From Tubiluchus corallicola (Eukaryota; Animalia; Priapulida): DNA of 64,000 bases. Within the stretch, counting starts at the first letter, position 1. Each line of letters begins with the position of its first letter. Shown here one piece after another: positions 25,401 to 37,300 of the stretch. The notes below the pieces were generated by a model. It ran no database searches. It was not told the origin of the DNA and saw only the letters and a program-made list of their open reading frames with translations. The DNA lies in contig JAQGDQ010000065.1 of the NCBI GenBank assembly GCA_030141605.1, forward strand, positions 310,001-374,000. The letters run 5' to 3'. Both the position numbers and the translations under genes were made by a program.

Positions 25401-27258
25401 GGATGATTCATGAATTTCTATATTGGCTGTTGTGTTTGGCAGTGGGCTGTGGATGTCAAGTAGTTACTGTAGAACTTTTACTATATAACCTATTGAGACT
25501 TATGCGAATGGCTGCGTACAAAATGTCCAAAATCACCCATGGCCAAGTAGTGTAAGTGATAGATCCTAAAAGCATGTGCACTTGGAAACATACCATTTGG
25601 AAAAATTCCCCAAGTGTAAGGGTTTTGATTTTTTGAGTTTGTTATGTTAATGTCATATCACTGATCAAGTAGGACCTTTTGTATTTGAATAATGACTAAC
25701 TATTTCAGAAATGCAGTAATTCCAACATATATTGCGTAAACAAGACTTAGTAATGTAAAAACACTCATATTGTTATTTTGTTAATTAGGTGGAACAGTTG
25801 GAAGACAAGATAACAACTGAATTAGAAGTTCTGCAGAAAAAGATTAATAGTATGCAAGAAGAGTTGGTCGTTCTTAGTAATTTAGATACATTGAAAGAAT
25901 CAGCAGAAGAACGGAAGAGAACACTGGAAGATGATAGAATCAAGTAAGTTTGTTAGTGTCTTTGGTAGTATAAGATACTACTTAAGTTACGTAGTATAAT
26001 TATCATTATCATTATGAAAGTGTTAAGCACTATATGTTGGAATGTCCATTGCGTGCCAGGAGCAGGAGGGAGGGGCGCTCGAGCGAACTTAATATTAATA
26101 AATTAAACATCGAAACTAAAAGCCATATTTTACTACACGGTAACTTACTTTTCAATCTTGACTAAAATAAAACTTTTCTGATTTAACTCAAAAATTTATG
26201 AAAGCTTCAAGCTGATTCAATAGACGTTAATTTAACATTTTGCACCATTAGACTGCACTTAATGCACTGTCACTGTAAAAATATAGAATATCTATAAAAA
26301 TATCTAATTATAAATGTCTCAGCTTTGTATTATAGTACTTACCATTTTCAAAGGTGTGTCAATCGGTTTTGTTCTGTATACCAAAGGTGATGGAATATAA
26401 GCATTGCATGGACTGTAGTGGTTATATAGCATTGATATACTCGAACACGCTAAAATGTGGTATATTTTGGTATATTACTGCTGAATACAAAAAAGAAGCT
26501 TTTCAGGAAATTTTTACTTCATGTATGATAGTAGGTTATAAATCTAGCCCAGTGTTTAGGTTGGTTGATTTTTTTGCTCACCCTTGGAAGTGCTTACATT
26601 ATTAGTGCAAAGATTGACCAGTCCTGAAAATCAGTTGCTCTTGTTGTTATTAGTATAGCAAATTGCAAACTGTTCTACAGTTCTGTATACTGTTAGCCAG
26701 AAAATGGAACTTTTTGCATTGTTGCCAAGTTTGCAAGCTAATCCAACTTTGTTAAATGTAATAATTTACTAGCTGATGCATTCAACATAAAAGATGTAGC
26801 ATACGCATTTTCTGCTTAAAATAATAAATGTAGATACTTGTTGCAGTTATCTTAATGTTAAAAACTGAAATTCATAATTTCAGTGTCTCATTGTATAATT
26901 ATTTATTTTCATTGCAGAGAAGATGCAGTTGAGATCAAATTTATTAATGTTAGTGGTTGTGTTGTTTTCTAGTTTGAAAGAGAAACTTCACGGCCTGCGG
27001 GAAGAAGTTGATATGCTTAATGAACAGTATGAGAAACGGCGTGCACAGTTACATGATAATGAAGTTTACACACAGCTGCAAAACTTGGAGAAAAAACTTC
27101 AACATCACGAACAGAACAACTATGTCATGAAAGAGTTCATCGCATCAAAATCAGCAGAAGCTAATTACACTCCTGTGAAGGCTAACGCACTGGATATTGT
27201 GCGTGCTTACAATAAACATATAATTGATGATACTGGCAAAGTTATGATGCGTGATTAG
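13290..27258 (+). CDS. IFT74: Intraflagellar transport protein 74, spliced gene; exons 13290-13446, 13646-13859, 15518-15617, 15795-15944, 16727-16909, 18082-18240, 18545-18687, 21104-21224, 22644-22808, 25789-25943, 26973-27258 (1833 nt, 610 aa)
   Basis: Basic RP/TA-rich N-terminus, DRPTTQQGLGG and QDRSYYLGVLR motifs, long coiled coil, QVKEDNQEIASMERQ-type motif, C-terminal LEKKLQHHEQNNYVMKEFIASK; all phases consistent. Confidence 0.95.
13646..13859 (+). CDS. IFT74: IFT74 coding exon 2
   Basis: tatAG|..DRPTTQQGLGGIKT..QDRSYYLGVLRTKTAELNTEIE|GTAAAC. Confidence 0.93.
13930..14655. mobile_element. Decayed hAT-like MITE in IFT74 intron 2
   Basis: Imperfect termini GAATGTCACGAA / TTCATGACATCT; GAATC repeats on the left and GATTC repeats on the right. 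Confidence 0.45.
15250..15465 (+). repeat. Interspersed repeat copy in IFT74 intron 2
   Basis: Diverged homolog of the reverse complement of 8865-9075. Confidence 0.7.
15518..15617 (+). CDS. IFT74: IFT74 coding exon 3
   Basis: aacAG|LSVETENFQRENSQFLLYEKKAEALAQEIKDLQ|GTATTT. Confidence 0.9.
15795..15944 (+). CDS. IFT74: IFT74 coding exon 4 (followed by GC donor)
   Basis: ttAG|GELVDYNTLLDKVNTD...IDAIFTNKQEK|GCAAGT. Confidence 0.88.
16727..16909 (+). CDS. IFT74: IFT74 coding exon 5
   Basis: aacAG|EQKLQALEREVEQERQLADTLVAHMDEETKSKY...SARK|GTAAAA. Confidence 0.88.
18082..18240 (+). CDS. IFT74: IFT74 coding exon 6
   Basis: tgcAG|GNLEDEIAVSHIKQEA...GTPEEEREKLLKR|GTATCT. Confidence 0.92.
18545..18687 (+). 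CDS. IFT74: IFT74 coding exon 7
   Basis: tacAG|VKEDNQEIASMERQ...EEQHGERNVKY|GTATAT. Confidence 0.93.
19780..21010 (-). mobile_element. Academ-like DNA transposon relic (XPG/FEN-like nuclease region), frameshifted
   Basis: Ordered minus-strand peptides DYIAEVDMGFIW, FVIDPYDLHISTK, VFNNPGNKIRLQQFL, LECQHVKADTILL, ILDAEDTD, FHIRARANVIHSFYGHAK, KKSTLTIPSTRDS..TRAKY, HHGWC. Confidence 0.65.
21104..21224 (+). CDS. IFT74: IFT74 coding exon 8
   Basis: tttAG|ELKKREETIDEFIETFEETK...LEQ|GTATGG. Confidence 0.92.
22181..22326. mobile_element. Possible piggyBac-type MITE
   Basis: TTAA at both ends, weak TIR, internal GTGCCGCCT...AGGCGGCAC stem. Confidence 0.3.
22644..22808 (+). CDS. IFT74: IFT74 coding exon 9
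   Basis: ttcAG|ISRSINRFGHIPSS..DLSFKETEMKKSETT..KQDLTK|GTGAAT; not in the ORF track. Confidence 0.9.
22812..22887. repeat. 35-bp tandem duplication
   Basis: AATCCTG(CA/TG)ACACCCAAATTATTTAGTAAAT x2, directly after the IFT74 exon 9 donor. Confidence 0.85.
23400..24150 (-). mobile_element. Decayed CR1/L2-like RT relic
   Basis: Degenerate minus-strand remnants of the PIxLLP/YGF region, WHKLLSYSIG and a YAD motif. Confidence 0.6.
25789..25943 (+). CDS. IFT74: IFT74 coding exon 10
   Basis: attAG|VEQLEDKITTELEVLQKKI...LEDDRI|GTAAGT; not in the ORF track. Confidence 0.9.
26973..27258 (+). CDS. IFT74: IFT74 last coding exon
   Basis: tctAG|LKEKLHGL...LHDNEVYTQLQNLEKKLQHHEQNNYVMKEF...MMRD TAG. Confidence 0.93.
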
Positions 27259-27280
27259 GAAAGCAGTGTTCAGTGTCAAA

Positions 27281-27333
27281 TAGTGGCGTAGCTAAGGGGG
27301 GAGATAGTGAATGTGGCTCTAGCTACACCACTG
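27281..27333. mobile_element. 53-bp hAT-type mini-element in the IFT74 3'UTR
   Basis: TIR TAGTGGCGTAGCTA / TAGCTACACCACTG (12/14); decayed 8-bp TSD GTGTCAAA vs GTATCAGA (6/8). Confidence 0.7.
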
Positions 27334-28679
27334 GTATCAGATGTCACCGTACTCCACATAGTCACCTAGTTATGCTGGTTTGTTTTCGTATCATGTCACA
27401 TTACACATTTATTAGATTGAATATGAAACCGAAAGTAGTATGGTTAGACATTGATTATCACAACGCAAAAACTAAGCAAATTAGTGTAATGTCCACAAAT
27501 TTAATTAAAGTAAGAGATGTTATATTTTGAGAGAAAAACAGTTTTGTCAATTGTTGATGTTGTTCATCTTTAGTTATCAGGTATCATTTAGTGTTAAAAG
27601 AACTGTAAGTTGCTAAAATAATAATTATTGTTGGGAAATAAAAAAATAAAGCCTCTTCCATTGTGCTGTTTGAAGAATGATGCTTAGCTCAATGCTATGT
27701 GCAGCATTACTACCTTTTTATAGACATTGTAGTAAGAATGGAAGAGACTCACCTAAACCAAACTCACAATTTCCAAATAAACTTGATGTGTGACTTCTCA
27801 AATTTTTTGTTCTGCAATTGATGTCATGAAAAGGTCTCCTTTGAAAAAGCATGGTTTATGATGAAAAAAATTACAAATAAAAACGAAATTTGTTGAACAT
27901 GGTGAAAAGTGAATAAAATTAAATGATTCGCATATGCCTAAACAGCGTACTTATTGTGCATATAGTATGAAACTTAAAATTATTTATCAATAAATTAGAG
28001 AAAATTTAAACTATACTTTATTTTTCTAAAGGTTACATAATGCACAGTAGTGTGAGAGACTTATAGAACAACATATACTACCTTCACAACTGTAGGTACT
28101 TCACAAAGTTCACTACATTCCAGTTTAAATGTATCAACCTTTCTATAATTACTGAAAGTCTTAGTAGACAGCATACATTATACATTCTATTGTGACATCT
28201 ATTGCTAAGAATGGAGGCATTACAAGTTGGTGTCCTCTCAAATTTAATACTTTTATAATAATTATAGTTACATTGAAAACCTACTGAAATCAGTACTAAG
28301 TACATCTCAAAAACGATTAACTGATCTTTTGTAAACACATTTCTTTATTCTCCGCAATGAAAATGAAGCCTTAACGGGCTTAAATCTTTTGATTTTTTTA
28401 TACCCATTTCACTTCTGCAACATCATTAAAATTAATTAAGGCCGCTAAAAGTTAGGCTGTCTATGTGGTAAAAAAGAACACCTTTAAGACTAGAAATGGC
28501 TGTAAAATACAAAGAAGAAAATGTCACATATTTGTACACAATAAAAAATATGTAACATCGTTATAACATTTCATTACAACTACTGAGAAGACATGTTAAC
28601 TGTTAGCACATAATGTATAATACAGTGACATTTAGCTTGTAGAATATAATTTGAATTTCCAATACAACTGCTTTGCAGA

Positions 28680-29560
28680 CTAAATCAGGTAACATGTCTG
28701 ATTCTCGCATTAATAATTAGCTTTACTGAACAACTGAATAATCACAAAAATTAAGATATGGTGGCAAGATCGAAATAATGTTAGCAATAAAGATCTGTCT
28801 TGAATCTCTTGAATGTTGAATCTTGGCATTGTACTTAGGGCATCGTAACAAGTCTTCAAACACAAAATGACGTGACAATAGTTACAAATAGGAGAAGGGG
28901 CTAACTGTCTCCTATACAATGAGTAGTTTAACGAATTAATACCAAGTCTAAGTCGATGTAAAAAGAAAGGTAATATTTTTTACAAAAAGGGCATTTCGAA
29001 TAAGGGATCTTCTGAAGCTGGATATGATGTTTTGTTACGATTTAGTGGTAATAGTTGGTTCCATTTGTTAATACAATATGGGGAAAAACTGTTTTTAAAA
29101 TAATTTATCCTAGATTTCATTGGTGTAAGAAAATCTAGATTTGAAAATCATGATTGGTCCGCTCATAGATTCGTTGAGTCACAATACTAGCAACATACTC
29201 AATAGCATTATTATTAAGTATTTTATAGCACATGGAAAAACGAAGAGGTTCGAGCCTTTTAGAAGCTTTAGCTACTTTAGCTTCGATACTGGCAATGTGT
29301 TTTCCAAGATAGATAAATTAATCCTAAATGTTTGTATTGATAAATATGTTTAATTTTAGTTCCAAGCAAGAACAGGCTGGGGTGTCTAAGAGGATTATTT
29401 CTATTAGTAAAAACAACCGATTCCGTTTTATTTGGATTGAAAGTCACTACTAGCCAATCGGTCAAAAATTTTAACGCCAAAACCTCAGCTTTATTTGAAA
29501 GTCTAGGACTGACTGCAGATTTGATCATTTGAAATTGGACTTGCATCTTAGACATTAAAA
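28680..29560 (-). mobile_element. CR1-like LINE 3' fragment between IFT74 and SAC1
   Basis: WLVVTFNPNKTE, YKHLGL, NSFFPYCINKWNQL, RLRLGINSLN..SPICNYC. Confidence 0.75.
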
Positions 29561-30492
29561 CCCTTTCTAAAGCTGGCAAGATCTTCGTTTTTAAAAAGCT
29601 ATCGTTCTTTGAAATAAAAAAATATGATGTCAGAAAATTTCGCATTTCAATTTTGAATGTTGATGTTACAATTGTGCACTCTATTTGCTCTAAAAAGTCT
29701 TTATTTAGGAATGCACAAATTGGACACCTATAAAATACACTTAAATAAGCACAATAATTACTAAAACTAGAAAAATTAATTAATCAAGCCAAAACAGGAT
29801 AACCACAGTTTGACACTGAACACTATACAAAAATTGTCCAAATTAAATTACACTATTCTGAAATAAGTTTTTTCGCATCTCTACCACGCTAAAAGTGAAA
29901 TACACAGCTGAATGCAAAGTACTTAACGAAAACTATTTAACAAATGTCGTACTATCAATAGTAATTACAAAATAACCTTAGCACCTCTAGAATTATACTG
30001 TGTAGTATAATAACAATTCCAAACAACAGTTAATGACATTCAACAATTTAAAACAAAAGAAGTACAATTCTAAACAGCACATACATCAATTAAGAATAAT
30101 TACTATAATTATGTTCAAGGCAGTGTGCAATATGTTTCTAGTACGGAATGTTTAATGAAACACTATAGCTAAGTATGGAATCTGTGTACATGTTTTTCAT
30201 GTAAGTAATCAAAAGTGCACTCAAGTCTGCAAAAAGTGCCTCAGTATTAATAAAAGTGAAAGTCATTCGTTTTACTATTACTTTATTTTGGAAAATGATT
30301 GCAATAATAACAGTTATAAACCTTAATGAACATTAATGTTTGTCTGCAATTGAGCAGGTGCTACGTTAATGTCCGATTTTGTTTCAGTCTTTCTATATTT
30401 CATCATGGAAAATCAATGTGCACCTGTTTTGCTTCAAATTATCCTTTCAAAAGCCTACAAAAGCAGGAATCAATAACAAACATGTTATAAGC

Positions 30493-30629
30493 TTATTCTA
30501 TTTTCTGTTTTGCTTGTGTTAGTTTAGGTTTATCTACATATTCAGTACCAAACAGGAAAATGAAGAATAGTGTTCCGATACTAGCTCCACCCCAGAACAA
30601 TATGTAGATGAACTGCTCCCGTATGTCAT
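30493..30629 (-). CDS. SACM1L: SAC1 last coding exon
   Basis: tacAG|[47 protein letters not shown]. Confidence 0.94.
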
Positions 30630-33600
30630 CTGTAACAAAAATGCGAAAAACCAAAAAATCACCTACGGTTAGTTCTAGAAGTTCTAGTTGTGCTTGTCAG
30701 TACATGCAAATAGACATAATGATATAACACAGCACTTGAGTTTATTACTGGATAAGTTTCAAATGATATAATAAAAAAATACTTGAACAAAATTTGGAAT
30801 TACAAGTTCTCCACTCATCAATACACTAGACCTACTTGGGAATTGAAGTGTATAGTTGCTGTAGGTCTACGCAGCTCATAAATAAGACTGAACATTTTGA
30901 TTTTTAACTGAATGGTTATGTCATGTGGGAAGCTAGTGTACTAGATGTACTAGAGAAAGAAAGCATGCTTGCTTACTTAACTGCCTGCAGTTCCAAGCTT
31001 TAGATTGAAATTCGGGATTTAATTTTGTTTAATTGCAAATTATTTGAAGAATATAAAGTTACAATAAAATTTAATGCATCAACAGTAAAATAAACACTTA
31101 CCAGATGGGATAATTAGACTGATGAATAACATGCTAAATGCGACAATGAAAATAAGAGGAATGACAAAGATCCTCCAGTCTTTAGTATCTTGAAAAGGAG
31201 AGTTTGGTTCCCCTTCTTCAACAATGTAGTTGCCTAGAAAAATATCTATGGCATCTTGTCTAAAACCATCTAAAAATAAAATGATCATACGACTAAATTA
31301 AATCTCCTTTTTTGTGTCGACAGTTGCAGTTAATATATACTACTGCAGTTAATATATATATATACTAGTATATAATATATACTAGTTGCAGTTAATATAT
31401 TTTACCATTCAATGAAGATCTCTGGGTAAACATCAAAACAAAGAATACACAAGCACCAATCTTAGTAGGTACAATACGTGCACATCCAAATCACTCTGTT
31501 ATGCATTTTCATGAAGAAATGGAACTCATTCTTGCAAAAATAAACTCTACTGGACATTCTGCGGAGACATAAATATAAATTTTTTGCAACATTATGAAAA
31601 ACATTGTATTTCTGACTACTTAAATATGATTATCTCTTCTAGATTTACCCCAATTATTACACATCCAACAAGAATAACGCACCATTCGCAAACACTCATC
31701 GATAACATATACACAAACTGCTGGCAACGCACATTAATATCATGAGTGATAGTAGCAGAAGTGGCAGATCACTTTCCTATTTTTATGATCTCTAAGTCTG
31801 CTAACATCCATAAAAATAATTCTAAAAAACTCAAAAGGGACACCAAAAATTTTAACAATGCAAACTTTTTTAGCCGAGCTGCATGAGTTACTTATAACTA
31901 GAATCACTCCTCCAATAACAGATATCGACAATGTTTTTAGCATATTTTACCACATATTTACTACTACACTTAATAAACATGCACCCATTCATACGTTATC
32001 ACGCAGAGAATTAAAACTTTGCCAGAAACCATGGATCACACCAGGTATACTTAAATCAATATGCACAAGAAGCAAGATGTATTCGACACATAAAATATCG
32101 AATAGTCTGTACAAACGAAACAAGTATAAAACATACTCAAACCATTTAAATCAAATCAAAAATAAATCAAAGAAAGTAAATCTATTATACAAAATTATTA
32201 GCAACCAACAGCTCAAACATTAGACAGACATGGAAAAATATTAACAACATTGTCAAAAAGAGAAATAAAACTTATATTATGCCTACAGGAGCTACAAATA
32301 ATAGACAGACTGAAACTAACCTTGTTAACACAGCTAATGCTTTTAATACTTTCTTTCAATCTGTTGGGAACAATATGTGTAAAAATTTTCCACCTGCTGC
32401 TCAACCTTTCTCTCAAAGGTGAAAATAGACAAACTATTTTTCTTAATCCAATAGAGAAATGTGAAACCAAAAAACATATTATGAAATTAAAAAATAACAA
32501 ATTCCCCGGGCATGAAAATGTTCAAACCATGTTTTATAAACTTGCAGTTGATATTATATCACCTGTATTAACTACTATGTTTAACTGTGCTATCTCAAGT
32601 GGAATATTTCCAGATATATTAAAGATTGCAAAAATTGTTCCTGTATTTAAATCTGATGATACTAATAATCCCTCTAATTATAGACCAATTTTTATACTAT
32701 CTCCAATAACAAAAATCTTTGAAAATATAATTTTCGATAGACCAAATAATTTTAATAATTTTTTTTATTAATACAAAGGTTATATCAAAATTTCAATTTG
32801 GATTTAGGAAAAACTATTCCACAGAGTTAGCTACAGCCGAATTTATTGAAAACATGCTGCATAACCTTGATAACAAACTCTATACGTGTGCTATATTCCT
32901 TGACTTATCTAAAACATTTGATACTGTGCAGCACAATATACTTCTTTACAAATTACAACATTATGGCGTAGGAGGCACTGCACTTGAGCTACTAACATCT
33001 TACTTATCTAATCGTCAACAATTCACAGTCATCAATAATACCTCTTCAGATCAAGCACACGTCACCTGTGGAGTCCCCCAGAAGTCAACATTGGGCCCAT
33101 TACTATTTCTTATTTATATAAATGATCTTCCTAAGGCATCTAACTTTAATATGCGCATGTTTGCAGACGATACTAACCTATTCATATCTGACACCAATCT
33201 TCTCAGTCTTGAAACTAGAACTAAGGAAGAACTATTCAAAATTAGCAATTGGATGATAGCTAACAAACTAACAGTAAAGTTAAGTTATAACAGTAACAGT
33301 AAAGACTAAGTACATTTTGATTACTAAGAAACCTGTTCTACCTATTACAATCAAAATAAACAGTAACGTTCTTCATCAAACAACCGGCATCAAATATCTA
33401 GGACTACATTTAGACGTTGACATGAAATGGAATACACATATAAAAACCATTGCATATAAAGTCAATAAAACTCCAGTATATTCAGCAAACTTAGGTACTA
33501 CATAGATACAAAGACCCTGAAGATGATATACTATTCTCTTATACATCCCTATTTGCTTTACTGTATTCTATGTTGGGGGAAAGCAAAAAATAACAGCCTG

Positions 33601-34245
33601 CGACCGTTAATTGCAGCCCAAATTAAAACTGTTAAATTTATTACTTTGTCAAACCGGCGTGATTATGCAACGCCTTCCTACGCTCAGTAAAAACCTATTA
33701 AAATTACAAGACATATATACTCTCCAGTTATTTAAATTTATGCATAAATTTACTAATAATGCTCTCCCCGAACTATTTGCAAATTACTTTATTCAAACTA
33801 GAAACATACTTTCATACAACACCAGAGCATCTCGTAGGGGCAATTATTTTCAGCCCAGATTTAACACTATAAATGGCTTAAATACATTGCATCACTGTGG
33901 CACTAAATTGTGGAATAATTTGGATCCACTTTTTATATCCACTACTTCATGTAAAACTGCAGCTAAACTATTTCGTAATCACCTGATTAGCAACTGTTAA
34001 TAGGTCTTACTCCCAAACTTAACTCAATTGCTGTTTTGCACCTTTATATTCTCTTCTGTACTCTAGATTACCAAAACTCATCACCTCCAATACAAAAAAA
34101 AATTTTTTATGATAAATCTCTCTGTAAGGTTATCCTTTACACGCATATGTAAATGTATGCATATATGTGTGTGTATAAGTATGTGTACGTATGTGTGTAT
34201 GCATGTATGTGTGTGTGGGTGTATGTATGTATATATATAATATAG

Positions 34246-34324
<79 letters not shown>

Positions 34325-37300
34325 CTTCAGAGATTAGTTCCTCGTGTTTATTTGTTCAGTATCTTGTATTACATAGCTGTTTATATTGCGTTTGTGTATA
34401 TCTGTGTGTGTGCGTGCGTGCGTGTATGTATGTGTGCGTGTGTGAACCAAAGCCACATGGGTGCTGGTAATGCATTACATGGGTTTACTATGCTATTCCT
34501 AAAAATAAAAAAAACACGCTCTTTGTACTTTCCTGGATTTGCTATTGGCTAGCTTGAAACCTTGGTCTATTGTGGTAGGTCGCTGAACATCTCCAGTCCG
34601 ATTGGAAATATGCTTGCTTGCCTGCTTGAATATATTTGCTATATTTATGATTTAATTTGCTTTTTTAACTGTCACATTTAAAATTTAATTACAGTTTTTT
34701 TGTTGTTCATTTAATAGCTGCATTTATAAACTGACTGAATTGCTTGCTTTTTGTGTATATTTGTCACATTATGATTACTAATTGCTTCATTTATTACATT
34801 TAAGACTTACTGCACAAACTTTTTTCCTTTTGTTTTTTTTGTTGTGCATTCATTATTTAACTACATTTTCGTTCATTTGCTGCATTTTAGTTCATTAGCT
34901 GCATTTATGATTTAACCGGATTGCTTGCTTTTTTGTCGTTACATTCATGACTTAACTGCATCTTGTTCAGTTGTTGCTTTAATTTTTAACTGCATTATTT
35001 GCTTGCTTTTTTCCATTGGTATAATTTTAATATAATTGCTTTGCATTTTGTTTATTAACTACATTTAAGATCTAACCACGTATTATTCACTTAACCATGT
35101 AGTTTGCCGTGCTTTATACTATTCCTAAGTTATATAGGGGTGGCTGACTCGATGACCTCCTGGTCTATCGCCACTCCATCTCTACACACTTTACATAATT
35201 TGTTGTGTTTGCGCTATAAATATTATATTAGAGATAAATAAACCTTTTGAATTGAATATGAATTGAATACTGATGACAAACTTACTGCTGTATTAAAAAA
35301 ATTTAAACAGGCAGCAGCTTATTATAAAGCATGCTTATTCTTGTCAGCAATGTAAACACTCTGCACCTAATGTACTGATACCAGCAATATTTATAGCATT
35401 GGTTTTACTACTTATAAAAATGATTGTTGAACTAATAAAAATAATTCACTATAACCATCAAGTCAGTCAGCAGGTCACTATTACTGATTATTAATGACAC
35501 TATTAATCTGATAATCTATCATACAAGGTTAAGTAATAAAAAAATCCAGAATAAAGAAATGAATGAAAAGAGGGACCACCTTTTTCTTAATGTGAGATTG
35601 TTTATTCAATATAGTATCTTGCCATTAAGAATTATCTCTGTATTACAAGATCAGCCAAAGATTAAAGAATGAACGAGGGAATGTCCGAAACTTTAAAACA
35701 TGGTGTAAACTAAAAATACAAATTTGTCATTCTGCTTAGTTGTACAAAGGTAGAAGCTCAGTATAATTTCTAAAATTTCAGTTCTTATTCAATCATTATA
35801 ATTTCACTCATTGCATAAATGAACTTTATTGTTTTAGTCCTTACGTTCTGTCGTGGTAATGACAGAATGCCGAGTACATGTAGTTAGTTGAATACAATAA
35901 AGTATTCTTCCGTCATGATCTTTTCTTTGTGTGCTATTTAAATTAAGTCAGCTGCAGATGATAGAACATCTGCTAATGCTGCAGCTATGAAACTGCCTAC
36001 AGATAATTAGTGGCATTAATCATCAGTGACCGATTCTTGAATAGCACGAGCGGGAAAATTACTAACTGGCAAAGGGTTGCACTTATGTGCAATCAAAATA
36101 ACTGTCAGAGAATTGTATATAAAAGACAGCTGAATGGCAAAATATATATTTTTTATATTGGCAACCTAATAACGACAATTCTCATAACCAGATTACATGG
36201 GAAATAGTACAGCAACGTGAACTAGCCAAAAAGTGATTATTAGTGAAATAATTGTAGGGCAACAGAAAAGCAACATTACTGACAGATAGTCATTAAGCCG
36301 TCGGTGCTGGTTTCCTTGACGAGTAAAAGCACAGGAGCTGAGTTTAATTGGTTTTGACTATTATTAGTGTTTTACATTCGTTAACACTATTTTTATCATG
36401 TGATCATACCCTATGTATATTATAGTTTATACAGCCTGTCAGACGATTGCCTGCAAACTCAGGGCTCATGGAAACTGTTCAAAAGTGCAGTGATTTTTTA
36501 AGATTTTACAATAAAAATTTTTATCATCATCAGTAACTATAGAGTGCAAAAATCACAATTTGCAACTGTGCGCAGAAAACTGTTGGCATGTAAATACGTT
36601 TCTTATTAGTGACACTCAGAAATGTGTGATCATTTGTAGTTTAGTTTTTTTATAGCTGTAGTTGTAGTTGTGGCAATTGTAGTTTTTAAAATATGTAACA
36701 CTAGTAAGCACATAACCTAATATAGTTGAAAGAATATATCTTACCGGAAAAGTTGTTAATGAAGTATCTAACTGCCGCATTCCATCCATCTTGAAACAAT
36801 CCCCAGATTGTCCGTTTACCAGTACGTGTAAAGTCTGTCTTCAGTGCTCCTGTACCAGCATACTAAAAAAGGTACCACAAAAATGGTTAGTGTCAACACA
36901 CAATTTTCTGTTTGCATGCAAGTGCAAACTTGCAAAATGCTACAGATGTCCATGAAATGTTAATAGTTTTGTCAAAGAAACTGTTTTTTGTTTATTTTGA
37001 TGCCATTATGCCCTACTTACTGCAGTAAGGTTAAAATGCATCTATTGGATTGTGCTAAGTTACCAAGGATTCTATGTTCTATTAAGAACTTGGACATGAC
37101 AGATCTCTTACGCAAGATACAATGCACACAAATAAACTGTGGCGGATATTTGGAGGAGAAAATAAAGCTAAATTGCACATTATTACGCCACGTATAGAAC
37201 CTCTAAACCCAAGAAGAAGATGGCAATATACCAGTGTAAGTTAGCAACATAAAGAAGTCCACAAATGTTTGTGATATATAAAAGTAACAAAACAAATTTT

